Position numbers and translations under genes: made by a program
Part shown: piece by piece, positions 27,632-35,694 of the stretch
Layout: every line of letters starts with the position of its first letter
How positions within the stretch are numbered: the first letter of the stretch is position 1
Source: an uncultured Nitrososphaerales archaeon
GTDB taxonomy: Archaea > Thermoproteota > Nitrososphaeria > Nitrososphaerales > Gagatemarchaeaceae
Assembly (NCBI GenBank): GCA_963706445.1
Contig: OY970160.1
Coordinates: 1,503,438 to 1,567,437, forward strand
Direction: 5' to 3'
DNA: 64,000 nucleotides
Notes under the pieces: generated by a model
What the model saw: only the letters and a program-made list of their open reading frames with translations
Told to the model about the DNA's origin: nothing
Database searches by the model: none

Positions 27632-29515
27632 TTGGGGAAGGAACCAGAATCTAGTCAGGGCCGCGCCTTATCACGTAATCTACAACCCAACCACGCAGAT
27701 GCACGAAATGATCAGGCCGTGGAAGAGCTGCCTTGGACCGCGAGACCAGCCCAACCCTCGGTGAAAGAGGCACTCGAGGAAGAGCTCGACCGATATCCAG
27801 TCAGGCCGATTGAGAGAGGCAAGGTGAAGTTCGTGACCCTAGACCTTCGGACAGTGGAGTCAATTGAGACCGTGTTATATCCAACATCCTTCTTCTGCTC
27901 GAGATGTCACAAGCTATACTCTGAGGACCCTGGAAACGACGACAGAGCGGCAATGACCGCTGTGACGAAGCTTCAACAGAAGATAGGGGTCGGCATGAAG
28001 TGCACCTGCGGCGGAAATCTGATCCAATGGAGGGTGCTAACAGTTCACGAATGCGGGGACATGATCCACATCCCGTCCCACTTCATGGCGGCCTGCAGCA
28101 AGCACGGAACTTCCAATCTCGATTTTGAGAATCACGGGAGCGAGAGGATAAAGGATTGGGAAATAGTCTGCAAGGCTGAAGGCGCCCACGAAAGGAAAGG
28201 CTTCGCTCTTTTCTTCAAGTATCACAGTGACTGCCCTTTGAAAGGAAGGCTGGGGAAGGACGATGAGGAGAACGCCTCAATGAGATACGAGACTGCTCCT
28301 ATCCAAAAGGCTACGAATTTCATCCCGAAGGTCCTGCGGATATTGAACAGCGATGTCTTGGCAGACCTCCCAAGAGGGACAGACAAGAAGGCCGTGGCAG
28401 CCCTCGCCTTGGGGGCACTTCGAGCTAAAGAATACTTCTCGGCCTTCAACCCTGCGGGAGGCATGGAAGCCTGGATTGACTATTTTGATCCGAAGGGCGA
28501 TGTGCCGGACGCTCCAAAGATGAAGGCGTTGAAGGAGATAGTCGAAACGATGCCCGAGGGTCCGATAAAAGCCAAGATGCTTGATGTCCTGGCCGCTCCA
28601 TCTCGAAAGGACGAAGGGATCTTGAACGAGTCATACTTCCAGGGACTGATTTCAGGATCTGGGTACTTACAAGAGGCGGCAACGGTATCGGTCTGCACCG
28701 ACAGTGATACTAGCACCTCCATCGCCGATCTGCTCGAAGATCCCACCCTCCACCCAGACTCGGCACAGAAGCTCAAGGATGCGGGAGCAATCGCGAAGAA
28801 ACTCAGGATGTCGTCGCTTCGCGATGTGGACGATGTCGCGCTAACCTCGTGCCTGGTGGGCTACACGAGGGGAGACTACGACCCTGCCCGGGTCAAACTG
28901 CAGATGTACTTATCCGGAGATAGGAGCGGCAAACTCAAGTACACAGTTTACACCGATACGTGTCAGAACCGAAGCGATTTTCGTCCAGCTCGACCCAAGC
29001 GCGACGTTGAACTGGGTGGCTGCTGCAATAGGCGATCAAAAGCCAAGCCCAAGGAAGACTTCTCGGCTGACCTCTTTGAGATCCAGAAGAGATATGTTCC
29101 CGCCAGCGTTAAGATGTTCAGCGGTCCCGAAGATCCGTGGACGAAAGCACAGTATGTCCTGCTGCACACCATGAGCCATCTTCTGATCAAGGCCCTCGGA
29201 AGATTCTCGGGACTGGAGCAAGAAGGCCTCAGTGAAAGAATCTACCCCTACCAGAACTCCTTCATAGTCTACAGCAACCAGAACGCAGACTTCAGCCTCG
29301 GTGGACTCGCAATGGCCTTCGAACACAGCATACGGGACGTGCTTGAGACCATAGTTCAAGACTCGGAAGTGTGTCCATACAACCCTGAGTGTGAGACCAA
29401 GTTCGGTGCGTGCCCCGCGTGCGTGTATGTCGCGGAAATCTCGTGCGAGAACTTCAACAGGGTCCTTGACCGTCGCAGACTCGCGCCATCGAAGGTGGAC
29501 TCCTTTTGGCACTAA
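27632..29515 (+). CDS. drmB: DISARM DrmB-like DUF1998 protein (ORF open, but with likely internal compensated frameshift and shifted 5' end)
   Basis: C-terminal DUF1998 hallmarks HTMSHLLIKALG and CPACVYVAEISCENFNRVLDRRRL. The segment 28953-29040 reads more protein-like in frame 3 (PIRVRTEAIFVQLDPSATLNWVAAAIGDQK). ATG 27615 in frame 3 abuts the drmA stop. Confidence 0.7.
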   Translation: MGKEPESSQGRALSRNLQPNHADARNDQAVEELPWTARPAQPSVKEALEEELDRYPVRPIERGKVKFVTLDLRTVESIETVLYPTSFFCSRCHKLYSEDPGNDDRAAMTAVTKLQQKIGVGMKCTCGGNLIQWRVLTVHECGDMIHIPSHFMAACSKHGTSNLDFENHGSERIKDWEIVCKAEGAHERKGFALFFKYHSDCPLKGRLGKDDEENASMRYETAPIQKATNFIPKVLRILNSDVLADLPRGTDKKAVAALALGALRAKEYFSAFNPAGGMEAWIDYFDPKGDVPDAPKMKALKEIVETMPEGPIKAKMLDVLAAPSRKDEGILNESYFQGLISGSGYLQEAATVSVCTDSDTSTSIADLLEDPTLHPDSAQKLKDAGAIAKKLRMSSLRDVDDVALTSCLVGYTRGDYDPARVKLQMYLSGDRSGKLKYTVYTDTCQNRSDFRPARPKRDVELGGCCNRRSKAKPKEDFSADLFEIQKRYVPASVKMFSGPEDPWTKAQYVLLHTMSHLLIKALGRFSGLEQEGLSERIYPYQNSFIVYSNQNADFSLGGLAMAFEHSIRDVLETIVQDSEVCPYNPECETKFGACPACVYVAEISCENFNRVLDRRRLAPSKVDSFWH

Positions 29516-29997
29516 TCAAGCCTCTGGCCACCCGAAGCAAAGATCCGTATTTCCGAAACGTGCACACTCTCGGGTTCGGGTCTTACGTGGCGAATGTCAG
29601 AGAGGCTCTCGTGACCGCGAAAAACAGTGCAGTAGTGGTGACCCCGTTCATCGACAACGCAGGGATCAAATTCCTCCACGAATGCTGGTCTAATCGTTCG
29701 AGTCCTGATGTCAAGTGGGAAGTTTACGTTAGATCTGCAGATTCAGCGCTTGTCGAACTGGCCTCAAAGAACAGCTGGAGACTCTTCGAATATCCCAGCG
29801 CGGGCGACGCAGGAATGCACGCCAAGGTAATCTCAACGGACGGCGAGAGACTAATTCTTGGAAGCATGAACCTCCTCAACAGAAACATGTACACAAACCT
29901 CGAGCTGGGCGTGGACATCAGGGACGACCCGATCGTCTGGAAGCTAGGGAAACTCGAGAACTGGTTGAAGAAGGCAAGCAAGGAGCGGGTACATTGA
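29506..29997 (+). CDS. drmC: DISARM DrmC-like phospholipase-D-family nuclease (single HKD domain)
   Basis: Perfect HKD motif HAKVISTDGERLILGSMNL (HxK-x4-D-x6-GSxN). The start overlaps the drmB stop. Confidence 0.75.
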   Translation: MALIKPLATRSKDPYFRNVHTLGFGSYVANVREALVTAKNSAVVVTPFIDNAGIKFLHECWSNRSSPDVKWEVYVRSADSALVELASKNSWRLFEYPSAGDAGMHAKVISTDGERLILGSMNLLNRNMYTNLELGVDIRDDPIVWKLGKLENWLKKASKERVH

Positions 29998-30094
29998 TTC
30001 TTGACGGCCCAAATGGCAGGGATAGGGTGATTTCTCCTTCTCTCCCGATCCCGGCAAGGTTTGATCCTCTCGATCGTGTCAGGCGACACGTTCC

Positions 30095-30532
30095 TTGGTT
30101 AAACGGCGATACGTGACCAAGCCGGTAGGTCCTGCGCCGAAGGCGTCATCGCAGAGGGTGAGAAGGTCAATGCGGTCAAACAAGAGGTCTGGCACCAAAC
30201 TGGAGATTACTCTCTCGCGGTTGCTTCGCAAGAGACTTCGCCCCTCTTCTCTCCCTGGCAAGCCAGACTTCGTTTACAAGAACGCAAGGCTTGCTGTATT
30301 TGTTCATGGGTGTTTTTGGCATCGGTGCCCTAGAGACAGGGATCAGCTCCCGAGGACGCATCGGTCATTCTGGAGAAGGAAATTAGAGCGAAATGTAGAG
30401 AGAGACAGACTGAACAGAATGGAGCTCGAGGCAATGGGCTGGAGGGTAGTTGAAGTGTGGGAGCATGAAGTAAGGGAAGATCCTGCAGGTGTAGTAAGGA
30501 GGATTGGAGAGTTGGCGAAGGAGCGGGAGTAG
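30095..30532 (+). CDS. vsr: Very-short-patch repair endonuclease (Vsr)
   Basis: ..SMRSNKRSGTKLE..LPGKPDFVY..AVFVHGCFWHRCP...FWRRKLERNVERD..L...GWRVVEVWEHE matches the Vsr pattern. Confidence 0.85.
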   Translation: MVKRRYVTKPVGPAPKASSQRVRRSMRSNKRSGTKLEITLSRLLRKRLRPSSLPGKPDFVYKNARLAVFVHGCFWHRCPRDRDQLPRTHRSFWRRKLERNVERDRLNRMELEAMGWRVVEVWEHEVREDPAGVVRRIGELAKERE

Positions 30533-30776
30533 ATTCCATCCGAAGAGAGAGGCTACTCGATTATCAAAGACGCGAAGAGGAAAGACTGGCCGATTATCGG
30601 CGAAGGTGCAGAGAAGGAAACTGAAGGGGCGTTACCTGTTGGTAAACTCCAAGAACCTGCAGTATCCGGTCGCTATGCGCGCCCGAGATTGTGTTTTCTG
30701 GCCTCAGGTGCCCCTTTTCGGCACTACTCCGGTACATCGCAGGAATTGGGAATTGGCGCACTATAGGAGGTCCCGG

Positions 30777-31415
30777 TCACTTATGCTGACGAGAAATGGA
30801 CGATTCGCCAAATAGTCGATGCCACCTTTTGGGGTTCATCTCATAACGAGCGAGGAGGACGCGTTCTTCAGTTGAAGGGGTCGTTGTGGAATAGCTGCCC
30901 TTCCTCCAAGAGTCGGTCTGCGTGTGACCCCTCTCCTTCATGATTTGGAAAGCCTGAGCGTAGTTCAAGGCGAAGCACTTCGTGTGTGCGTAGTCCTTTA
31001 GACCCCAGATGTAGGCGAGAATCAGTCCGGGGATCCTCTCATATTTTGAATCAAGGCTGAAAGAAGCGACTGCCGCGGCTTTTATCTGGATGGGAAGATA
31101 GGATCGTTTTGCGTCGAGGTGGCGAAACGCAATTAGGTCGATTCCCCAATCGAGTTCTGGGCGGGCCACATCCAACCCCGCCTGAAATAACTCCGCCATA
31201 AGCCAATTCCTCCCAGCTGGCTCGACCCACTTCGAATTCGGTTCGCTCATTTGCAGGGGCTTTCCCCTGCTCGCAACTAAGTGTTGCCGTCGCATACTAC
31301 CCGGCCACTTTCGAAAGCCCATAGGTAAGAGTGATAATCCGTGGTCTGGGTTTAACGGACTCAAGTATTGCTCTGACGTGCCGGCGCTCGGACTAGTAAT
31401 TCGCCTCGAGAACAT
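30777..31415 (-). CDS. Hypothetical protein with PD-(D/E)xK-like nuclease motif (likely starts at an internal Met)
   Basis: ..AELFQAGLDVARPELDWGIDLIAFRH..YLPIQIKAA.. fits an E..D..(Q/E)xK restriction-endonuclease-fold core. No family recognised. Confidence 0.4.
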   Translation of the reverse strand: MFSRRITSPSAGTSEQYLSPLNPDHGLSLLPMGFRKWPGSMRRQHLVASRGKPLQMSEPNSKWVEPAGRNWLMAELFQAGLDVARPELDWGIDLIAFRHLDAKRSYLPIQIKAAAVASFSLDSKYERIPGLILAYIWGLKDYAHTKCFALNYAQAFQIMKERGHTQTDSWRKGSYSTTTPSTEERVLLARYEMNPKRWHRLFGESSISRQHK

Positions 31416-31516
31416 TTGAGAAGTGCCCCCTTTTCCAATTCTGACCGTGGGGAGAACAAGTCCGGAGGCCCTGGTATTCTGTAGTTGATTACGTGGAGGC
31501 GGAGGGGGTGTATGGC

Positions 31517-31536
31517 TGTTTGTTTGTTTGTTTGTT
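31517..31536 (+). repeat. (TGTT)5 microsatellite in the intergenic region
   Basis: Direct reading: tgtt tgtt tgtt tgtt tgtt. Confidence 0.9.
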
Positions 31537-31645
31537 CTAGGTGAGTCTTAACGCGCAACGTGGAACCTGCACGCAAGGAACAGACCGTACGAGAAATGAT
31601 GCCAATTGCCGCCTTCTAAAGTGATATGGCATTTAGCTCGGCGAC

Positions 31646-31663
31646 GCTAATCCAACCCGCAGC
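31646..31663 (+). repeat. Degenerate copy of the tRNA-Phe 3' end / att core
   Basis: GCTAATCCAACCCGCAGC versus GCTAATCCGACCCGCGGC at 36492-36509: 16/18 identical. Both differences are G to A at CG dinucleotides. The 17 nt upstream are also similar (13/17). Confidence 0.4.
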
Positions 31664-31896
31664 TCGTGATTGCGAAGGGTATTGCGACCTCGTCCAGCTC
31701 CATTGGTGTTGAACCTCGCAACAGGTTGGTGGTTATCTATCTCTACAGCATACTGAGTAGTGGCATCTCCCAGAATACTACCTGTAGTAATTGTGAGAAA
31801 GAAGCAGTATTACTTCGACTTGAGGCTAGGCCAACTGAGAAACGTGAACGGCCCCCACAAATTCCTAGATCTGTCTGAAGAGGAGAGTGCTGCCAT

Positions 31897-33792
31897 TCAG
31901 TTCAGATTCGATGCGGATTTGGAACCCGAGTTCGGCTGAATCAAGGAACGGAAGTAGTTCTCCGTGTCTTTGTTCATGAAATAGACGTAGCAGCCTATCA
32001 TCCCTCTTGTGAGGAGCACCCGGTAAGCGTTCCTGGCATATCTTACGAAGTTCTGCTTGTCTCTCTTCACCGCAGCATCAGATGAGTTCTCCGGCTTCCC
32101 GACCCAAGTCCTCCTGGTAGGATCCCATGCCAAGTCGTCTCCGAAAATCACTCCGACATAGTCAAATTCGAAGCCCTGAATTGTGTAGATACTTCCCATC
32201 TGGCTGACGCCGTTGGGATCGTACGCCCAGAGCTTGGCTGGAGGGATGCCAGGAGCTATTTTCATGTCGTTCTTCGCCTCCCAAGTCATCCTGAAGTCGC
32301 CAATCACAACATCCTCCTTCAGCGAACCATCGGGGTTAGGATTGCTCCAGGGCCAGCAGAAGCCTGCCGCCATCCTCGCCGAATTCGGAGTCATTTCGTT
32401 CTTCTTCCTGATTTCTTCGAATAGTGCCTGGGGGCTCGAAAGGATTCTGAAATCCATCTTCTCCTTCTCAGTCAGCATCAGATTGGCGGTCTCGCGTATC
32501 CCTAGAGCATTATCCAGCCAGTTGAGGTAGCCGTCGGAGCCGCTGCATCGGAACTGGGTCTTCAGCTCGAATTCAAAGAGCTCCGCCCCGTATTTGGCTG
32601 CGGTCTCTCTTATCAAATCAGTGCTCCCCTGCTCGTAAGGCCTCACTACTTGGTAGTCGTCGATGAAGAATACGGAAACCTTCGCAGCCTCCATGAGCTC
32701 TTCCACCTGCGGTTTATTTGTCCTCTCCGCCTTGGGCGTGAACCTGCTAACGCTCTTTGCCCTGATTCTGTGTGCCTCGTCGCATACGAGGACGTCTATG
32801 GAGTTCTCCTTCACGTTCGTGAAGCTGATGAAGTACTTGAACATGCTAGCCGCCCTGCTGCCTACAATCTTGCGAAGAGTGCTCGTGAAAGCCGCTGAGC
32901 CAGTGGCGTGGAACACCGTCTGGCCCTTGGACAGTAGCTCGGCAATCACGTTCAGGGCAATGACCGATTTACCGGTGCCCGGACCTCCGCCAACGATAAT
33001 TACACATTTCGATTTCAGCTTGGTGGCTTTCTTGGCCCGGTCTAGAATCGCGTAGTACGCGGCGAGCTGGTCCTCGAGCAGGTTGAAGACTTTCTGGCCT
33101 TTGATCATGCTAGAGGTGTGCTCGAGGAGCTTCTTTGTTGGGCCTACCGGACTGCTCGAGAATCTGTTGAAGACCTCCAGGCCATGGCCTGACGACAGCC
33201 TCGCCTTCAGATAGGTTGCCAATGCCGGTACGTCTTCCTTTGCAAACAAGGGGAAGTCCTTCATTATTGCCTGAAACTTGGGGCCGAACATGACGTCGGA
33301 GCTCCGGGAGTAGTTGTGACAGTAGCTGATTGCGGATAGTTTGACTGTGTCGTTCCCAAAGACTTCGACGAAGTCTTTCAGGTAGGAATAGTAACCTTGG
33401 GCTTGGAAGGAGGGATGGGCCTCGAACCTGTTCGCTCCACCGGTGAATGTCAGAACCTCGTTCTCTAGGTCACAGTTCTCAACCTTTGACCACTGTTTCA
33501 GCTCTACGATAACAGCGTTCGACGACTTGTTCGATCCCTGGCCAAACAATAGACAGTCAATGCGGCGATTCGAGTAAGGTAGCTCGTACTCCACGACGAT
33601 CATGTTGTCCTTGAGAGATGCGTACTCGATGACATTCTTGACAAACTGAAGCGAATTGGTCCAAGAGACGATCTCCTGCTGCCCCGCAAGGCGGTAGTAG
33701 TAGCTCTCGTAGGCCTGTCTTAGTTTGTCGGCGAGCTTATTCTCAAGCATGTCCTGAATGAATTGTTCAGAAGTGCCCGTATAGAGCTTCAT
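31897..33792 (-). CDS. DUF2075-family (Schlafen-like) ATPase with N-terminal PD-(D/E)xK-like domain
   Basis: N-terminal RIDCLLF...VIVELKQWS (D..ExK). Walker A GGGPGTGKS. Walker B-like VLVCDEAHRI. C-terminal GFEFDYVGVIFGDDL is typical of DUF2075. Confidence 0.75.
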   Translation of the reverse strand: MKLYTGTSEQFIQDMLENKLADKLRQAYESYYYRLAGQQEIVSWTNSLQFVKNVIEYASLKDNMIVVEYELPYSNRRIDCLLFGQGSNKSSNAVIVELKQWSKVENCDLENEVLTFTGGANRFEAHPSFQAQGYYSYLKDFVEVFGNDTVKLSAISYCHNYSRSSDVMFGPKFQAIMKDFPLFAKEDVPALATYLKARLSSGHGLEVFNRFSSSPVGPTKKLLEHTSSMIKGQKVFNLLEDQLAAYYAILDRAKKATKLKSKCVIIVGGGPGTGKSVIALNVIAELLSKGQTVFHATGSAAFTSTLRKIVGSRAASMFKYFISFTNVKENSIDVLVCDEAHRIRAKSVSRFTPKAERTNKPQVEELMEAAKVSVFFIDDYQVVRPYEQGSTDLIRETAAKYGAELFEFELKTQFRCSGSDGYLNWLDNALGIRETANLMLTEKEKMDFRILSSPQALFEEIRKKNEMTPNSARMAAGFCWPWSNPNPDGSLKEDVVIGDFRMTWEAKNDMKIAPGIPPAKLWAYDPNGVSQMGSIYTIQGFEFDYVGVIFGDDLAWDPTRRTWVGKPENSSDAAVKRDKQNFVRYARNAYRVLLTRGMIGCYVYFMNKDTENYFRSLIQPNSGSKSASNLN

Positions 33793-34160
33793 GGCGCGAA
33801 TTCAGTGTACTTCTTGTTAGAACCCTTTGCTCTCTCTATCGGATACCTTCTCGCGTTTTCCTTGATCTTGTCCTCAAGCGATTTCGAGATGTCGATGTTG
33901 TAACGCTGCGCAAATCTCACCGCGAAGTAAATGATGTCAGCCAGCTCGTCCCGAATGTTCTTAGATTGTGATTTGTCTTTGAACATTTCCTCTATCTCGC
34001 CGTTCGACTTGAATCGGAACCCCTCGAGGAGCTCCGATGCCTCTGTCACTATGCCTATGGCCAAGTCTTTGGCATTGTGAAACTGATCCCAATCGCGTTC
34101 TTCGCTGAATCTCTTCACCATATGTTTCAATTCAGCAACCCGGGTACTATTGTCGTCCAA
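33789..34160 (-). CDS. MazG-like nucleoside triphosphate pyrophosphohydrolase (dCTPase-like small all-alpha NTP-PPase)
   Basis: RDWDQFHNAKDLAIGIVTEASELLEGFRFK....IRDELADIIYF carries the E..E..E..D metal-binding pattern. Its TGA overlaps the ATG of the DUF2075 gene (ATGA at 33789-33792). Confidence 0.75.
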   Translation of the reverse strand: MDDNSTRVAELKHMVKRFSEERDWDQFHNAKDLAIGIVTEASELLEGFRFKSNGEIEEMFKDKSQSKNIRDELADIIYFAVRFAQRYNIDISKSLEDKIKENARRYPIERAKGSNKKYTEFAP

Positions 34161-34316
34161 TCATCTGTCCTCCAGAGGCTGTGGAATACTTACTTTAAGG
34201 GATGAAGAACTCTGTGGAATCTGCTGAAGCATGAGCGATTACGGGCGGCATTCGGCCCCGCACTTGTCTATCTGACCCGCGTTTCCCGAGGGTCTCATTG
34301 TATTCGTGGCAGGATT

Positions 34317-34685
34317 CTAATCCTTCAACAGGCTCGTAACTACTTTGGACACAGCATACCCGGCCAGACCAGCGAACCCTGCAGCTAAGACCGAATTCAC
34401 CAAGGCATTGTCGGAACCCCGGGAAGCTTCGTATGCGGTTCTCCCTGCTCCATAAGCACAGATCCCTGCTACGGTAAGGTTCGCAAGCTCATCTGGAGCA
34501 TCTTCGAACAGATGACCGATTGGGTCCGTTCGAGGGTCAACTCTGTCCATATGCAGAGTGTAGTCTTCGCCGTAGTCCCGAAGGTGAGAATTCATCGGAC
34601 CTCTATACTGTGTCCTCGCCCCCTTCAAGTCGCCTAGGATTGTTTTTTCGAATTCGGGTCCGAGGACTGTATGCCGCTTCGACAA
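34317..34685 (-). CDS. Hypothetical protein with C-terminal hydrophobic helices
   Basis: 122 aa ORF with a Gly/Ala-rich C-terminal TM-like region. No motif recognised. Confidence 0.4.
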   Translation of the reverse strand: MSKRHTVLGPEFEKTILGDLKGARTQYRGPMNSHLRDYGEDYTLHMDRVDPRTDPIGHLFEDAPDELANLTVAGICAYGAGRTAYEASRGSDNALVNSVLAAGFAGLAGYAVSKVVTSLLKD

Positions 34686-34750
34686 TTTGAGTTCTTCCCC
34701 AATCCGAAGCCGAACGAGATCTATCGGTCGTCCTTGATAGAGTATCGCGG

Positions 34751-34966
34751 TTATTGATCATCGCCTCCGACCAAGAGAGCCAGCAAAGCCGCGGCGCCTA
34801 GGCCAACTATGGCGCCCAAAGCGAAATTCGTCAAGTCAGAAGGAGCGTTGTTCTTCACTTGGGGATGTCCGTCCAGAGATCGTAGTCCCCTGTTCGCGAG
34901 TTCGGTTCTCGCTTTCTGTATCATTTGGTATTCTTCATCTGACACCTTTATCGATTTGTAGTTCAT
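34751..34966 (-). CDS. Hypothetical small protein with C-terminal TM anchor
   Basis: 71 aa: a helical N-terminal part followed by ..FALGAIVGLGAAALLALLVGG. Confidence 0.35.
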   Translation of the reverse strand: MNYKSIKVSDEEYQMIQKARTELANRGLRSLDGHPQVKNNAPSDLTNFALGAIVGLGAAALLALLVGGDDQ

Positions 34967-35043
34967 GGCACTTTCTTCTACCTAAGTGGAAGAATGTTAT
35001 TTAAGTATTCCTTAACACGTCAGTTGTGTGATATACTTATATA

Positions 35044-35694
35044 TTGATTACTACTATGGTAATTAATATGTCATATTATGAACTCTGGGCGATTCTGGGA
35101 AACTGGAAGTCCGAGTTTTCGACGGAAGACTTCGTCAGTGCCTTCTCCAGTCCCGACCCGTCTAAGGTCCTGTACGACATGGCGAAGAAAGGTTTCTTAG
35201 AACGGACAGATCGGGGAAGGTACAGAGTCAACAGCCCCGAGAGCTACCTGAGCTCACGGTATGATGTCGGCGACGCATATGACCTCTTGAGAAGATCTGG
35301 ATTACCCTACGCTCTGACCAACGTGGATGGAGTGTTTGTGTGGACAAAGGGCGGGTACAATGCAAACCGTTTCTTTGGATCCTATCCGATATACATCAAG
35401 GTCAACGAGACAGACATCGAGAAATGGAAGAGTTACCTTCTGTTCAATGGGAAGAAGTGTGTCGTCGAGGGCTCAAAACCGATAGAAACACTCTACGGCA
35501 TTTACTTTGTGCTCAGCCCGACGGTCGGGGTCGAATACGCAGTCGTCAACGGGTTGAACGCTGACCCGCTTGATAAAGTCGTTGAATATTGCCGGAACAA
35601 TCCGTACACGTACGCTCCGGCGTTGGAGATGCTCGACAAGGAGTACAGCCTCGGTCTGAACGCCGAATACGAGAACCCTCGGACAGCTCCATGA
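35044..35694 (+). CDS. Winged-helix protein, AbiEi-like antitoxin candidate (start probably ATG 35056 or 35068)
   Basis: N-terminal wHTH-like ..VLYDMAKKGFLERTDRGRYRV. The stop overlaps the start of a nucleotidyltransferase gene (ATGA at 35691-35694). A TATA-like TTATATAT lies at 35037-35044. Confidence 0.4.
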   Translation: MITTMVINMSYYELWAILGNWKSEFSTEDFVSAFSSPDPSKVLYDMAKKGFLERTDRGRYRVNSPESYLSSRYDVGDAYDLLRRSGLPYALTNVDGVFVWTKGGYNANRFFGSYPIYIKVNETDIEKWKSYLLFNGKKCVVEGSKPIETLYGIYFVLSPTVGVEYAVVNGLNADPLDKVVEYCRNNPYTYAPALEMLDKEYSLGLNAEYENPRTAP

